Notes: a model not told the origin generated them from the sequence alone. A stretch of DNA of 41,497 nucleotides from a virus (IMGVR_UViG_3300027265_000005:1-41497); one strand, 5' to 3'. Shown: positions 25,684-34,072, counted from the first letter of the stretch. Made by a program: numbers and translations.

Positions 25684-27549
25684 TTACGCAAGCGGGACGC
25701 CTGCGCCTGTTCCTCCCATTGGCAACGACATCATGCCCTCGGTCGGAAGCATACCACTTCCGTCCGGTCCAGCAAGACCCGTAGCGCCCATCAGTCCCTC
25801 GAGGGCCTGCTGCATCGGGTCGGCGCCGGGCTGTTCTTGTACCGACTGGTCAGTTTGACCGTCGGGCTGGATCTCTCCGGGTAGTCCTTCGTCGGGGACC
25901 TCGCCTGCGATCTGCTGCTCGGCGAGCATGTCCTCGATACCCGGCAGGCCGGAGAGCTTGAGGAGGTATGAGTCGTCGATGACCACGCCGGCGGCCTTGA
26001 GTTCGAGCGCCTTCTGCAGCGCGAACGTGCGGTCCATCCTGCGGGTGCTGGCGGGGCGCACGACGAACTTGCACTCCCAATCCTTGAGGTCATCTGCGGT
26101 GATGTCGAAGTTCTGCAGCTCACCGTTGGCCGCATCGACGCGCGAGATGGTGCGCTTGTCCGTCCAGTTCTCGCGGATCATGTCGAGGATGTGGGCGCCG
26201 AGACGTGCTAGTTCGCTCTTGACGCCGCGGATGCGCTCGCGGGTGCGGAGCTCTCCCGCCTCCTGCTGCATCATCGTCGTCTGCACGGGCTGGCGGCTCG
26301 GAGCGATGCCACGGGCGATGTTCTGCACGCCGAGTACCGCGTCGAGTGCGCTCTTGACCTCGGTGTAGAGGAACAGGATGTCATTGGGAAGCGCCGAGCC
26401 CGTCTCACGGGTCGGCTTCATGCCCGGCTTGTAGGCGATCGTGTAGCCCGGCCCGCCGTGCTTTCGCAGGAGCTTCGGGTCGACGCCTGATTGCGTCGGC
26501 ACCATCCAGATGCCGTGCGCCATCCAGTGAGCCGCGTCGGTGATTGTCTGCAGCACGTCGTTGAGCTGGTAGAGCAACGGCGCGGCCATTGAGATCGTCG
26601 AGCCGCCCCAAAACTCGCCGGGCAGCGGGATGTCACGGAAGGTGAAGTACGGGAAGGTCGCGTAGGGAGCAGGCTTGTCGACCAGGACGTAGCCGTTGGA
26701 GAGCATGAGTGTGTAGCGGCCGTTCGGGTACTTGCTCTTCCAGTCCTTGACGGTCATCTCGGACTCGGGATCGAAGCGCTCACTGTCCGAGATGGGTTCG
26801 ATCGTCGCGTCGTGATACCAGCATTCGAGCAGGTCGTAGCGCAGGGAGTCGGGCATCTCAGCGCTTGCATCGCTTCCGCGCTTCGGGGTCTGGAACCGCT
26901 TTGACACGGCACCGTCGACGGCGAGCTTGGTGTTGACGCCGGGACCGAAGAACTGTGGGTAGTGCTGGCGCAGCCACGAGATAGACACCGGACGCGCCTC
27001 GAAGATGGCCGTTGAGTCCTCCACCCGAGTCGCCTCGGGGTCGGGGTAGATGTAGGTCGGGTCGACGGGATGGGCCTCGATGCCGCCGAGCCCGGCCGAG
27101 ATGTCCTCGGGGTCGAACGTGGCTTTCAGGATGCCCGTGCCGATGGTGAACGTGTTGACGAAACAGCGGCCGAGCTGCCCCGTGAGGTCGACGTCATCCC
27201 ACACCCAGTCGAGCGTGCGGTTGATGTCGAGCGCCTTCTGCGCGACCTCGGCGGGCTTCGCATCGTCCTCGGTGATGTTGCGCGGGAGCGAGTCAAGGCC
27301 CCACTCGTTGTCGGCGAGCTGGGCGCGCATGATCTCGACGAACTCGCCGGCCTTCTTGTAGTCAGGCCGCGACTCGTACGGCACGAGCTTCGGGCGGCCC
27401 TTCCACGGGTTGCCACGGACGAACTGAACGTTCCGGTCCCAGTCCTTGTCATAAGACGAGCGGGCGTCCTCGTAGACGCGGAACATGCTCAGGAGCCGAC
27501 GGACCGGGACATCCTTGAACTGCTCTTGGTTCGGGATGGCGACAGGCAT
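25684..27549 (-). CDS. portal protein (P22-like)
   Basis: Directly after TerL; GTGILKATFD, VDPTYIYPDPEAT..EDS, PGEFWGGS, acidic/Gln-Met tail. Confidence 0.88.
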   Translation of the reverse strand: MPVAIPNQEQFKDVPVRRLLSMFRVYEDARSSYDKDWDRNVQFVRGNPWKGRPKLVPYESRPDYKKAGEFVEIMRAQLADNEWGLDSLPRNITEDDAKPAEVAQKALDINRTLDWVWDDVDLTGQLGRCFVNTFTIGTGILKATFDPEDISAGLGGIEAHPVDPTYIYPDPEATRVEDSTAIFEARPVSISWLRQHYPQFFGPGVNTKLAVDGAVSKRFQTPKRGSDASAEMPDSLRYDLLECWYHDATIEPISDSERFDPESEMTVKDWKSKYPNGRYTLMLSNGYVLVDKPAPYATFPYFTFRDIPLPGEFWGGSTISMAAPLLYQLNDVLQTITDAAHWMAHGIWMVPTQSGVDPKLLRKHGGPGYTIAYKPGMKPTRETGSALPNDILFLYTEVKSALDAVLGVQNIARGIAPSRQPVQTTMMQQEAGELRTRERIRGVKSELARLGAHILDMIRENWTDKRTISRVDAANGELQNFDITADDLKDWECKFVVRPASTRRMDRTFALQKALELKAAGVVIDDSYLLKLSGLPGIEDMLAEQQIAGEVPDEGLPGEIQPDGQTDQSVQEQPGADPMQQALEGLMGATGLAGPDGSGMLPTEGMMSLPMGGTGAGVPLA

Positions 27550-27561
27550 GGTCGTTCCCCT

Positions 27562-29439
27562 CTAGGCGCTGTAATCGTACGCTCGGCCGTAGTCGGGCGC
27601 GTCCTCCGCGCCCAAGCCTACCACTTCCGTCATCTGATCCGCGATGCACAAGGCGATTCCCAGCGCGATGACCGTATCGTCGTACTCCCCTTTGGGCGCA
27701 TTGTAGCCCCCCTTGCCGTCCTCTTGGAAGGTGGAGAGCTCGTCGAGCATCAGCTCGTCGGGAATGTCTATCGGGTGCCCCTCGTACTGCTTGATCCCCA
27801 GCAGCGCGGCGCGAATGGTCTTGACGATGCGCTTCTTCGACTGCGCCGATGTGTACCATCCCAGCTCGAGCGTCGGCTCGTTCCACGGCTTGTCGCGGCG
27901 CTCGCGCATGAACAGGTTGTCGTAGGACAACTTGAGGTCTTGGACCACCGTGTCAAACTTGTTCATCTCCACGCCGACCAGCGCGTCGTTGTACCAGCGG
28001 GCGCACTCCTCGATCGGGTCGGCGTAGGATTCCGGCGCCACCTTGCCGCGGAAGCGGGCGACGACGCGGTTGGTGGTCACATCGAGCACGACGAACGCCG
28101 AGAAGTCGCCGTTGGCAAGACCTTCGGCCACGTCGACGCCGATCGCGTAGTCATGCGCCCGCTGCAACAGTTTGTTCGTGCGTGGATCCCGCATCTCGCG
28201 GATGGGGCCCTGCCACACGACGAGCCGGCCGCGCTCGGACTTGACGAACTTCCCGCCGTCGACCTCGCCTTTCGCCTTCGGGTCGCGGGTGTGCGGCCTA
28301 CGGATGTCGATGGCACCCGACGGGAACGGACACTTCGACGACGCGGCAAACGCCTGCGCCGGCGTCATCGGGTAGGCGTAGTAGAACTGCTCGAGCTCGC
28401 CGTTGGCTTCGTACTCGCGCTTCTCGGCGGCCAGGAACTCCTCGGAGTAGTCGGGGTGACGCGATGCCGGGAAGAACAGCGGGTGGAACGTGTTGTCCTT
28501 CTTGACCGCGCCGAGCCAGAGCTTGTGATAGAGGTTGCCCGGCCCGTCCGACGTCGACACGATGATGATCTTCGTGCTCGACTTCGCACCGACGGCCGCC
28601 TTCAAGGCGCCGTAGGCCGCCGCGGCGTTGACGTCACGAGCCTGCTCGTCCCAGAACAGGATCTTCGGCGTGGAGCCGTGACCCTTGCGCTTCGTGCTGG
28701 CGAGCATTCTCACGGCCGAACCGTTGGAGAACTGCGAGATGGAGTCGTTGCGCTTGAGCTTGCGCCCGGTCGTCGACCCGAGCTGCACCCTGTCCTGCAT
28801 CCAGTCCGGCAGGTGGTCGTACATGAACTTGAGCCGGTCGTGCTGCTCGGTCGCTTCCTCACGGCCGATGGAGCGGAACAGGATGTTGACGTTGCTCGTC
28901 CACATGGCGGTGTGCAGGCAGTAGGCGTCTGCGAGCCACGAGAAGCCGAGTCGCCGGGTCTTGAGCACGATGAGGTGTCGGTGGTCGTCGAAAGCCTTGA
29001 GGGCTTCGCGCTGCGGCTCCCACAAGTCGAACGGGATGGGATCGCCGCCCTCCTGGTCGAGCATCCAGCAGTAGTCGGTGATGAAGCGCGCCTTGTCCAG
29101 CGCCAGAGCGCGCCACTCGAGTTCCTGCCAGATGAGCTCGCGGCGCTCGGCCGAGACGTTCGGGGCCTCCTGCATCGCCTTGAGCTCGTTGGTGGGGATC
29201 TCCTCGAGCGTGCGCTTCTGCTCGATGCCGTGCGACTGGCGGTACTGCTTCGCCCAGCGCGCGATCGTGACCTCGTGGACGCCGTTCTCGATACCCCAGC
29301 GCTGTTGCGTCATCGGCCTGCGCTGCTTGGGTGGCTTCGCGTACCAGCGGTCGAACGAGTTGTGCAGCTTGTTGAGCTGCTGGCGCGTGCGTCCACCGCC
29401 GCCGGCGGAACCCTCGGCGAGCGGTGACTCATCCCTCAT
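27562..29439 (-). CDS. terL: terminase large subunit with an N-terminal HTH extension
   Basis: PFDLWEPQ, Walker A LKTRRLGFSW, Walker B LFWDEQA, IVSTSDG, nuclease IGVDVAEG..GDFS..VEMN..YDDTVIALGIA; GAGGT SD before ATG 29439. Confidence 0.93.
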   Translation of the reverse strand: MRDESPLAEGSAGGGGRTRQQLNKLHNSFDRWYAKPPKQRRPMTQQRWGIENGVHEVTIARWAKQYRQSHGIEQKRTLEEIPTNELKAMQEAPNVSAERRELIWQELEWRALALDKARFITDYCWMLDQEGGDPIPFDLWEPQREALKAFDDHRHLIVLKTRRLGFSWLADAYCLHTAMWTSNVNILFRSIGREEATEQHDRLKFMYDHLPDWMQDRVQLGSTTGRKLKRNDSISQFSNGSAVRMLASTKRKGHGSTPKILFWDEQARDVNAAAAYGALKAAVGAKSSTKIIIVSTSDGPGNLYHKLWLGAVKKDNTFHPLFFPASRHPDYSEEFLAAEKREYEANGELEQFYYAYPMTPAQAFAASSKCPFPSGAIDIRRPHTRDPKAKGEVDGGKFVKSERGRLVVWQGPIREMRDPRTNKLLQRAHDYAIGVDVAEGLANGDFSAFVVLDVTTNRVVARFRGKVAPESYADPIEECARWYNDALVGVEMNKFDTVVQDLKLSYDNLFMRERRDKPWNEPTLELGWYTSAQSKKRIVKTIRAALLGIKQYEGHPIDIPDELMLDELSTFQEDGKGGYNAPKGEYDDTVIALGIALCIADQMTEVVGLGAEDAPDYGRAYDYSA

Positions 29440-29446
29440 GCCGACC

Positions 29447-29749
29447 TCAGACTCGCTTGTAGGCATCTTCGTCTGCTCCCAGCAGGTTCTCGTGCATGAA
29501 GCCGGCCGGACACCGATGGCACCAGTTGTGTTTGACACCATCGTCACCGAGCATCATACGCGGATCCCGATTGTCGCACCTGCGAGGGTCGCCGGGGTTG
29601 ATTCCGCACGAGCCGTACGCCTTGTAGTCCGAGCACCAGCAGAGCCCACCAGGCACCCGGCCTTTGGAGTTGCAGTACAGCTTGACCTCGGAGTGCGCGA
29701 GAGGTGTGTCGGGAAGTACGAGGCGGGGCGGCCTGTCCGAGTGAGGCAC
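29447..29749 (-). CDS. Cys-rich hypothetical protein (100 aa)
   Basis: Several Cys residues (CNS, CWC, CG, CD, CHRC); TAGTG overlap; GAGGAGG SD. Confidence 0.65.
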   Translation of the reverse strand: MPHSDRPPRLVLPDTPLAHSEVKLYCNSKGRVPGGLCWCSDYKAYGSCGINPGDPRRCDNRDPRMMLGDDGVKHNWCHRCPAGFMHENLLGADEDAYKRV

Positions 29750-30024
29750 TAGATCTCCTCCTCGTCGTCATCGCTCGTCACGACGCGACGCACCCGCCCC
29801 CGCTCGTCGAGATCGTAGATGCCCGGCTCGAACTCGTCGCGCTTGCCGGCGGCCGTGATGACGCGCTGCGTCATGTTGCCGACCTCCTCGACCGCCTGCT
29901 GCACCACCATGTCGAGGGACACGGAGGCGGCGATCGCGTAGCCGAGCAGCGCACCGAGCGCGACTCCCGCGAATCCGACGACCGACACGACGGCGATGAT
30001 GGCGATGACTGCTCCGGCGCTCAC
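29749..30024 (-). CDS. small membrane protein
   Basis: Long N-terminal hydrophobic segment AVIAIIAVVSVVGFAGVALGALLGYAIAA; GTGA overlap. Confidence 0.7.
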   Translation of the reverse strand: MSAGAVIAIIAVVSVVGFAGVALGALLGYAIAASVSLDMVVQQAVEEVGNMTQRVITAAGKRDEFEPGIYDLDERGRVRRVVTSDDDEEEI

Positions 30025-30182
30025 TTCTTTCCCTTCGTCGGGTGGAACGTGGTGGCAGGCACGTCGACGAACTTGCGCTTGCCGACCCTGCCACATGCAC
30101 ACACGGCCTGCTCACGCTCCTTCGAGGTGAACAGGCCGCATTTCGGACACTCGTGGGTGAACTCTCGCTGCGGGAAGCCCAC
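30021..30182 (-). CDS. small zinc-ribbon protein (FmdB-like, 53 aa)
   Basis: FPQREFTHECPKCG..CACG..KRKF..P..F pattern; GTG start just after the upstream TAG. Confidence 0.65.
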   Translation of the reverse strand: MGFPQREFTHECPKCGLFTSKEREQAVCACGRVGKRKFVDVPATTFHPTKGKK

Positions 30183-30184
30183 CG

Positions 30185-31426
30185 CTAGCTGACGACCTCG
30201 TAGTAGAGCACGCCGAGGTTGACGACGGCCGCGCCACCGGATGCGTTGGCGATGCCGAGGATGTAGTCGGTCGCGGGCTTGAGCACCCACTCGTCGGTGA
30301 TCGTGGTCGCGGCGCCGACGCGGTTGGCACCCGCACCGCCGGCGGGCACGTACGCCGTGTCCAGCGCGGTCGGCGAGCCGCCGAGCGTGGCATCGGCACA
30401 CGTCTTGACGACGACGTGCGGTGTCTTGGCCGCAGCCAGGTTGCGGTTGCGGTTCAGTGGCACGATGGTCGACTCGGACCCGGTGACGGTCCCGCCCTCG
30501 TTCAAGGTCACGGTCACGGCAGCGGTCGACGCCACCGAGATCGACTTGAGGTGGATGACATCGGCGTCGGCGCCGGACGCCAGTGAGGCGACGGAGACGG
30601 CGTTGACGACACCGGCACCCGTACCCTCGGCGGTAGCCAGCACGAGCGCGCCGGCGACGGGATGCGCGTTGACCGCGGCGACGAGCTGTGTACACGTCGT
30701 CGTGATCGCCCCGCCCGCAGCACCGGACGCGAGGTGCGTGGCGGATGCGGCAGCAGCCAGGGTGACGTCGCTCGTGGCGACAGCGGCCGTGACGAGTGCG
30801 GAAGCCGCCGGGTCGTTGTTGACGAGATCGCGGATGGCACCCGACGGCGAGTTCGCCACGCCGGCAGACGTCGTTCCGAGCGCCACGGTGATGACGTTGT
30901 TGGCCACCGTGACCGACGGCCTCGTGTAGTTGCCGCTCGTGACATGCGCCACGGTGATGTTGTTGCCCTGCACGCCGGCGGCCTTCGCCGTGTAGACGAC
31001 CTCGCCGATGGTGGCGGATGCGGCCACCGCGGGCCCTGTCGCCAGTGACACGACGATCGCCTTCGTGCCGTCAGCCACCGACACCGCGAGCGCTGAGCCC
31101 GCCACGCCGGGGTTGACGTGCGTGACGGAGATGCCGTTGCCCGCGGTCCCGGCCGTGACGGCCGTGTACGTCGGGTCGGCGTTCGCGTTGGTCATGTTCG
31201 TGGTCAGCGCCGCCTTGACCGCAGCAGCGGCCGGCGTGGTCAGCTTGACCGAGCCCGTCTTGGTGTCGGCCACCGTCAGCGTGATGCCCTTGCTGAACAC
31301 CCGCCCGGCGTGCGTCAGCGCGTGTTCGACCGGCATCGTCGGGATGCCGCCGTTGTCCTCGTCGGTCCCTGCGATCTGCATGGTCGGGTAGAGCGCGTTG
31401 CCGCTTGCATCCTCGTAGGCAGCCAT
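30185..31426 (-). CDS. Ala/Thr/Val-rich, probably structural protein with nested duplicated beta domains
   Basis: Two YTA..AG..GN.I.V modules inside an H..H.G..F / P.NRNR / EWVLKP...YYE scaffold; GGAGGG SD. Confidence 0.8.
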   Translation of the reverse strand: MAAYEDASGNALYPTMQIAGTDEDNGGIPTMPVEHALTHAGRVFSKGITLTVADTKTGSVKLTTPAAAAVKAALTTNMTNANADPTYTAVTAGTAGNGISVTHVNPGVAGSALAVSVADGTKAIVVSLATGPAVAASATIGEVVYTAKAAGVQGNNITVAHVTSGNYTRPSVTVANNVITVALGTTSAGVANSPSGAIRDLVNNDPAASALVTAAVATSDVTLAAAASATHLASGAAGGAITTTCTQLVAAVNAHPVAGALVLATAEGTGAGVVNAVSVASLASGADADVIHLKSISVASTAAVTVTLNEGGTVTGSESTIVPLNRNRNLAAAKTPHVVVKTCADATLGGSPTALDTAYVPAGGAGANRVGAATTITDEWVLKPATDYILGIANASGGAAVVNLGVLYYEVVS

Positions 31427-31659
31427 CAGTCTGTCCCTCCGATTCCGATGAGTTCGGCGTCAAGGGCGATTCCCGAGCCGCCGATGCGCGCCACGGACAG
31501 ACACGGCTCCGCGAGAAGCACGAACCGGACCCCCGTGCGCTGGAACTCGACCTCGAGCTGCTGCCGGATGGTGAGCTTCTGCTCCCGTGACAGCACTTCC
31601 GACGTCTCGACCACCACGACCTCGCCACGCTTGGCGACACCCGCTGGTCTGAGTTCCAC
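31426..31659 (-). CDS. hypothetical protein, first gene of the leftward operon
   Basis: GGGGAGGT SD before GTG 31659; TGATG overlap with the next gene. Confidence 0.7.
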   Translation of the reverse strand: MELRPAGVAKRGEVVVVETSEVLSREQKLTIRQQLEVEFQRTGVRFVLLAEPCLSVARIGGSGIALDAELIGIGGTD

Positions 31660-31765
31660 GTGAAACCTCCCCAAGCCCTTGAGTGGGCGAATCCGCGAGG
31701 TGGCCGTCTCGGGTGCTCATTCCCTGCCCCGACCATCGCCGAGTGCTGAGCCGACCACGACTCGA

Positions 31766-31794
31766 AGCGTAGGCATCGGGGTGTGAGGTGTCAA
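31766..31794 (-). promoter_or_regulatory. sigma70/SigA-type promoter for the leftward (virion/lysis) operon
   Basis: TTGACA (31794-31789) - 17 bp - TACGCT (31771-31766). Confidence 0.75.
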
Positions 31795-32059
31795 GAGAGA
31801 GGGGTAGCGCGAATAACATCCGCAGGTGAGGGGGGTAGTAATGACTAGTGCGAGGGGGGGCCTGGGGGGTGCCGCGGCCGCTCGCCCGCTCGAAGCCGCG
31901 CCGCGCCGCTTGCAACGTCGGTCGCGCGCAGGTTGGCTCGTGTGTGTGGGTCAATCGGTGGGCTTTGAGCGTCTGACCTGCGCGAATACGCTACATGGCA
32001 TGGCTGGTAATGGTTCTTATGTGCAGCTAGGCACGGACCCGGCACGGATCACGGCGTGC

Positions 32060-32103
32060 CACTCCACCACGCTGTAGCGCTAGAGCACTCCACCACACTG
32101 TAG
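32060..32103 (+). repeat. 18-bp direct repeat x2
   Basis: CACTCCACCAC(G/A)CTGTAG at 32060 and 32086. Confidence 0.85.
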
Positions 32104-32551
32104 TGATGAAGCCCGCAGGGAACTGTCCCCTACCCCGTAAACCCTTGCCCGCCCGAGGGTTTACAGTCCGTACTCCCCAGTCAGTTTACTTCGACGTATA
32201 TCGAACTAGCATCCACTCTATCAGCTCTCCTTATCCCACCCCGACTACCCCGCCCCCCATCCCACCGACTACCCGACACCCTGCCGCCCTGCCCTGTCCT
32301 GCTACCCGCTCGCGCCCCGGCAGAGCAGACCGCAAGGAGACGAGCCGGCGACGCGATCGACGCCGCCGCGAGCCCTTCACCCGGACGCCCTGGCGATCAC
32401 CCCGCCGAATCGCCCCCCGATTCTAGCTGCTCCCATTCCCTTTCCCTGTCCCCCCCACACCCCCCCAACCCTAACCCCCATACACACACAAGACCTACAT
32501 TCTCAACACCAAGACCTAGACCTTAATATCACTAGTATATGCGCGACGATT

Positions 32552-32772
32552 CTAGATGCTTCAGATTCGAGCAGCTAGGTACTCTGACCTGCGCGTTTCC
32601 CCGTTATCGCTGGTCAGCGGCCTAGCTGCTCGTTTTCGTTGCAGCTAGAATCGGCGGGAATCTACCTGCTCGCATTCGTTGCAGCTAGGGTACTTGACCT
32701 GCTGGAATGTGAGTTCGTCAGTGGCGCGCGTTCGTGCTCCGCATTCTACCTGCTGCGGATTCGAGCAGGTAG
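32552..32772 (+). repeat. array of four 27-bp palindromic sites CTASCTGC-N11-GCAGSTAG
   Basis: Sites at 32552, 32622, 32662 and 32746, all with an exact 11-bp spacer; half-sites at 32023, 32423 and 32778. Confidence 0.9.
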
Positions 32773-32819
32773 CTCGTCTACCAGCGAGAATGCGCGTTCT
32801 TCCAGTACCTTCCGACCGT

Positions 32820-32840
32820 TCACCGATACGGCATCGGTGA
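32820..32840. promoter_or_regulatory. inverted repeat (candidate operator) just upstream of the rightward -35
   Basis: TCACCGAT-ACGGC-ATCGGTGA. Confidence 0.6.
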
Positions 32841-32844
32841 GGGT

Positions 32845-32873
32845 TTGACACGGCATCGCAAGGGTAGTAATGT
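32845..32873 (+). promoter_or_regulatory. sigma70/SigA-type early promoter
   Basis: TTGACA (32845-50) - 17 bp - TAATGT (32868-73), followed by GAGGAGG and GTG 32907. Confidence 0.75.
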
Positions 32874-32906
32874 AGCAGCATCGACACCGACCGAGGAGGC
32901 CCCACA

Positions 32907-33110
32907 GTGAGCGACACCAACACCGGCCATGCGCCCTACAACACCACCGCGACCGCCCCCCACCCATGCCTGCTCATCGACGACGCCGCCGCCCTCAGCG
33001 CGGCCGGTATCGCATACACGATCGAAGCCTACCGCCGCGACCGCTACGCCGTGACCGTTCCCGCCGGCCAGTTTGACGCCGCCATCAGCGCGTGCGCCGC
33101 GATCAACTAA
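32907..33110 (+). CDS. early hypothetical protein (67 aa)
   Basis: GAGGAGG SD; first ORF after the promoter. Confidence 0.75.
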   Translation: MSDTNTGHAPYNTTATAPHPCLLIDDAAALSAAGIAYTIEAYRRDRYAVTVPAGQFDAAISACAAIN

Positions 33111-33123
33111 GGAGCGCCGAAGA

Positions 33124-33345
33124 ATGACAACCACCCGCCGCGGATTCGCCCTAGAGATTGACGACGAGGTATGCCCCGTGACCGTCAGCGAGCACCACTA
33201 CCCCGCCGAGTTTCGCGCGTATTGCAGCACGCAGAGCGACGAGCCCACCGGCATCGGAGCCAGCGCGTACACCGCCGTATGCGATCTCGCCCAGGAGTAC
33301 CGCCGCGAGGGTTGCGACGTTCGCATACTCCGCACCCGTCACTAG
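33124..33345 (+). CDS. early hypothetical protein (73 aa)
   Basis: TAAGGAG SD before ATG 33124. Confidence 0.7.
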   Translation: MTTTRRGFALEIDDEVCPVTVSEHHYPAEFRAYCSTQSDEPTGIGASAYTAVCDLAQEYRREGCDVRILRTRH

Positions 33346-33429
33346 GTTACGCCCCGGCCTGCCGGCCGCCAGGAGGGGCCGCCGGCAGAGCGGAGCGCAC
33401 CCGCGCCCAACGAGCAAGGAGGCCACACA

Positions 33430-33615
33430 ATGAAAGTCCGAATCGAGATCGACACCAGCAACGCAGCGTTTCACGTCGCAGGCGAGGAAATGGAAACCGC
33501 GCGAATCCTGCGCCAAGCGGCCGACAAGGTTGAGTGTATCGGCCTTGCTGACGGGTTCAGCCTGCGCGACACCAACGGGAACACCGTCGGCGTGTTGACC
33601 ATCGAGGAGGGCTAG
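33430..33615 (+). CDS. conserved small early phage protein (NAAF...E.ARIL...LRD.NGN.VG type)
   Basis: AAGGAGG SD; motif recalled from many phage early regions. Confidence 0.85.
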   Translation: MKVRIEIDTSNAAFHVAGEEMETARILRQAADKVECIGLADGFSLRDTNGNTVGVLTIEEG

Positions 33616-33617
33616 CC

Positions 33618-34043
33618 ATGCTGCACCTCATCACAGGAACCCGCAAGGGCGGCCAGCTCGTGAACATCGACCGCGCCGCAACCCGCGAGGACGGCACCAC
33701 GGTCGGCGCATGGAGTGGCGAGACACTGGAGGAAATCGGCGCCAGGTACGACAACGTGCGCGTAGTGACCATCGAGGAGTTCTGCAAGCTGGACGCCGAA
33801 CAGTGGCGCCGCCCGGTGCGCGAGATCACGCGCGACGAGTTCTACGAAATGCTAGAGGTCCTGCCCCCCGAGGACTGGCACCGCGACGAGAACGGCTCCC
33901 AGTCCTTCAAGCTGGCCGAGTACACCTCAGGCAGCATCACGAACATCTATGCCACCCGCGCCGGCCGCTTCTACATGCTGGCCGACGACTTCACGACACC
34001 GCACGCCGAGATCATGCGCCGCGTGCGCGAGTTCGCCAAGTGA
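33618..34043 (+). CDS. DUF1419-like protein
   Basis: EITRDEFYEMLEVLPP..W...F..AEYTSGSIT..Y...GRFY pattern; GAGGAGG SD. Confidence 0.75.
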   Translation: MLHLITGTRKGGQLVNIDRAATREDGTTVGAWSGETLEEIGARYDNVRVVTIEEFCKLDAEQWRRPVREITRDEFYEMLEVLPPEDWHRDENGSQSFKLAEYTSGSITNIYATRAGRFYMLADDFTTPHAEIMRRVREFAK

Positions 34044-34072
34044 CCCACCACCCAACCCGAGGAGGCTCCACC

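Noticed and set aside
32103-32426. 107-aa Pro/Arg-rich ORF and other ORFs in 31.7-32.9 kb
   Set aside because: No SD, low-complexity translation of C-runs, and overlap with regulatory repeats.
32468-32479. Telomere-like CCCTAACCC
   Set aside because: Single copy inside a C-rich tract; not a telomeric array.
32552-32772. Palindromic array as a mini-CRISPR
   Set aside because: Inter-repeat gaps are irregular (43, 13, 57 bp), two begin with the same GTACT-TGACCTGC element, and repeat cores vary. Kept as a binding-site array, though comparison with CRISPR repeats is still suggested.
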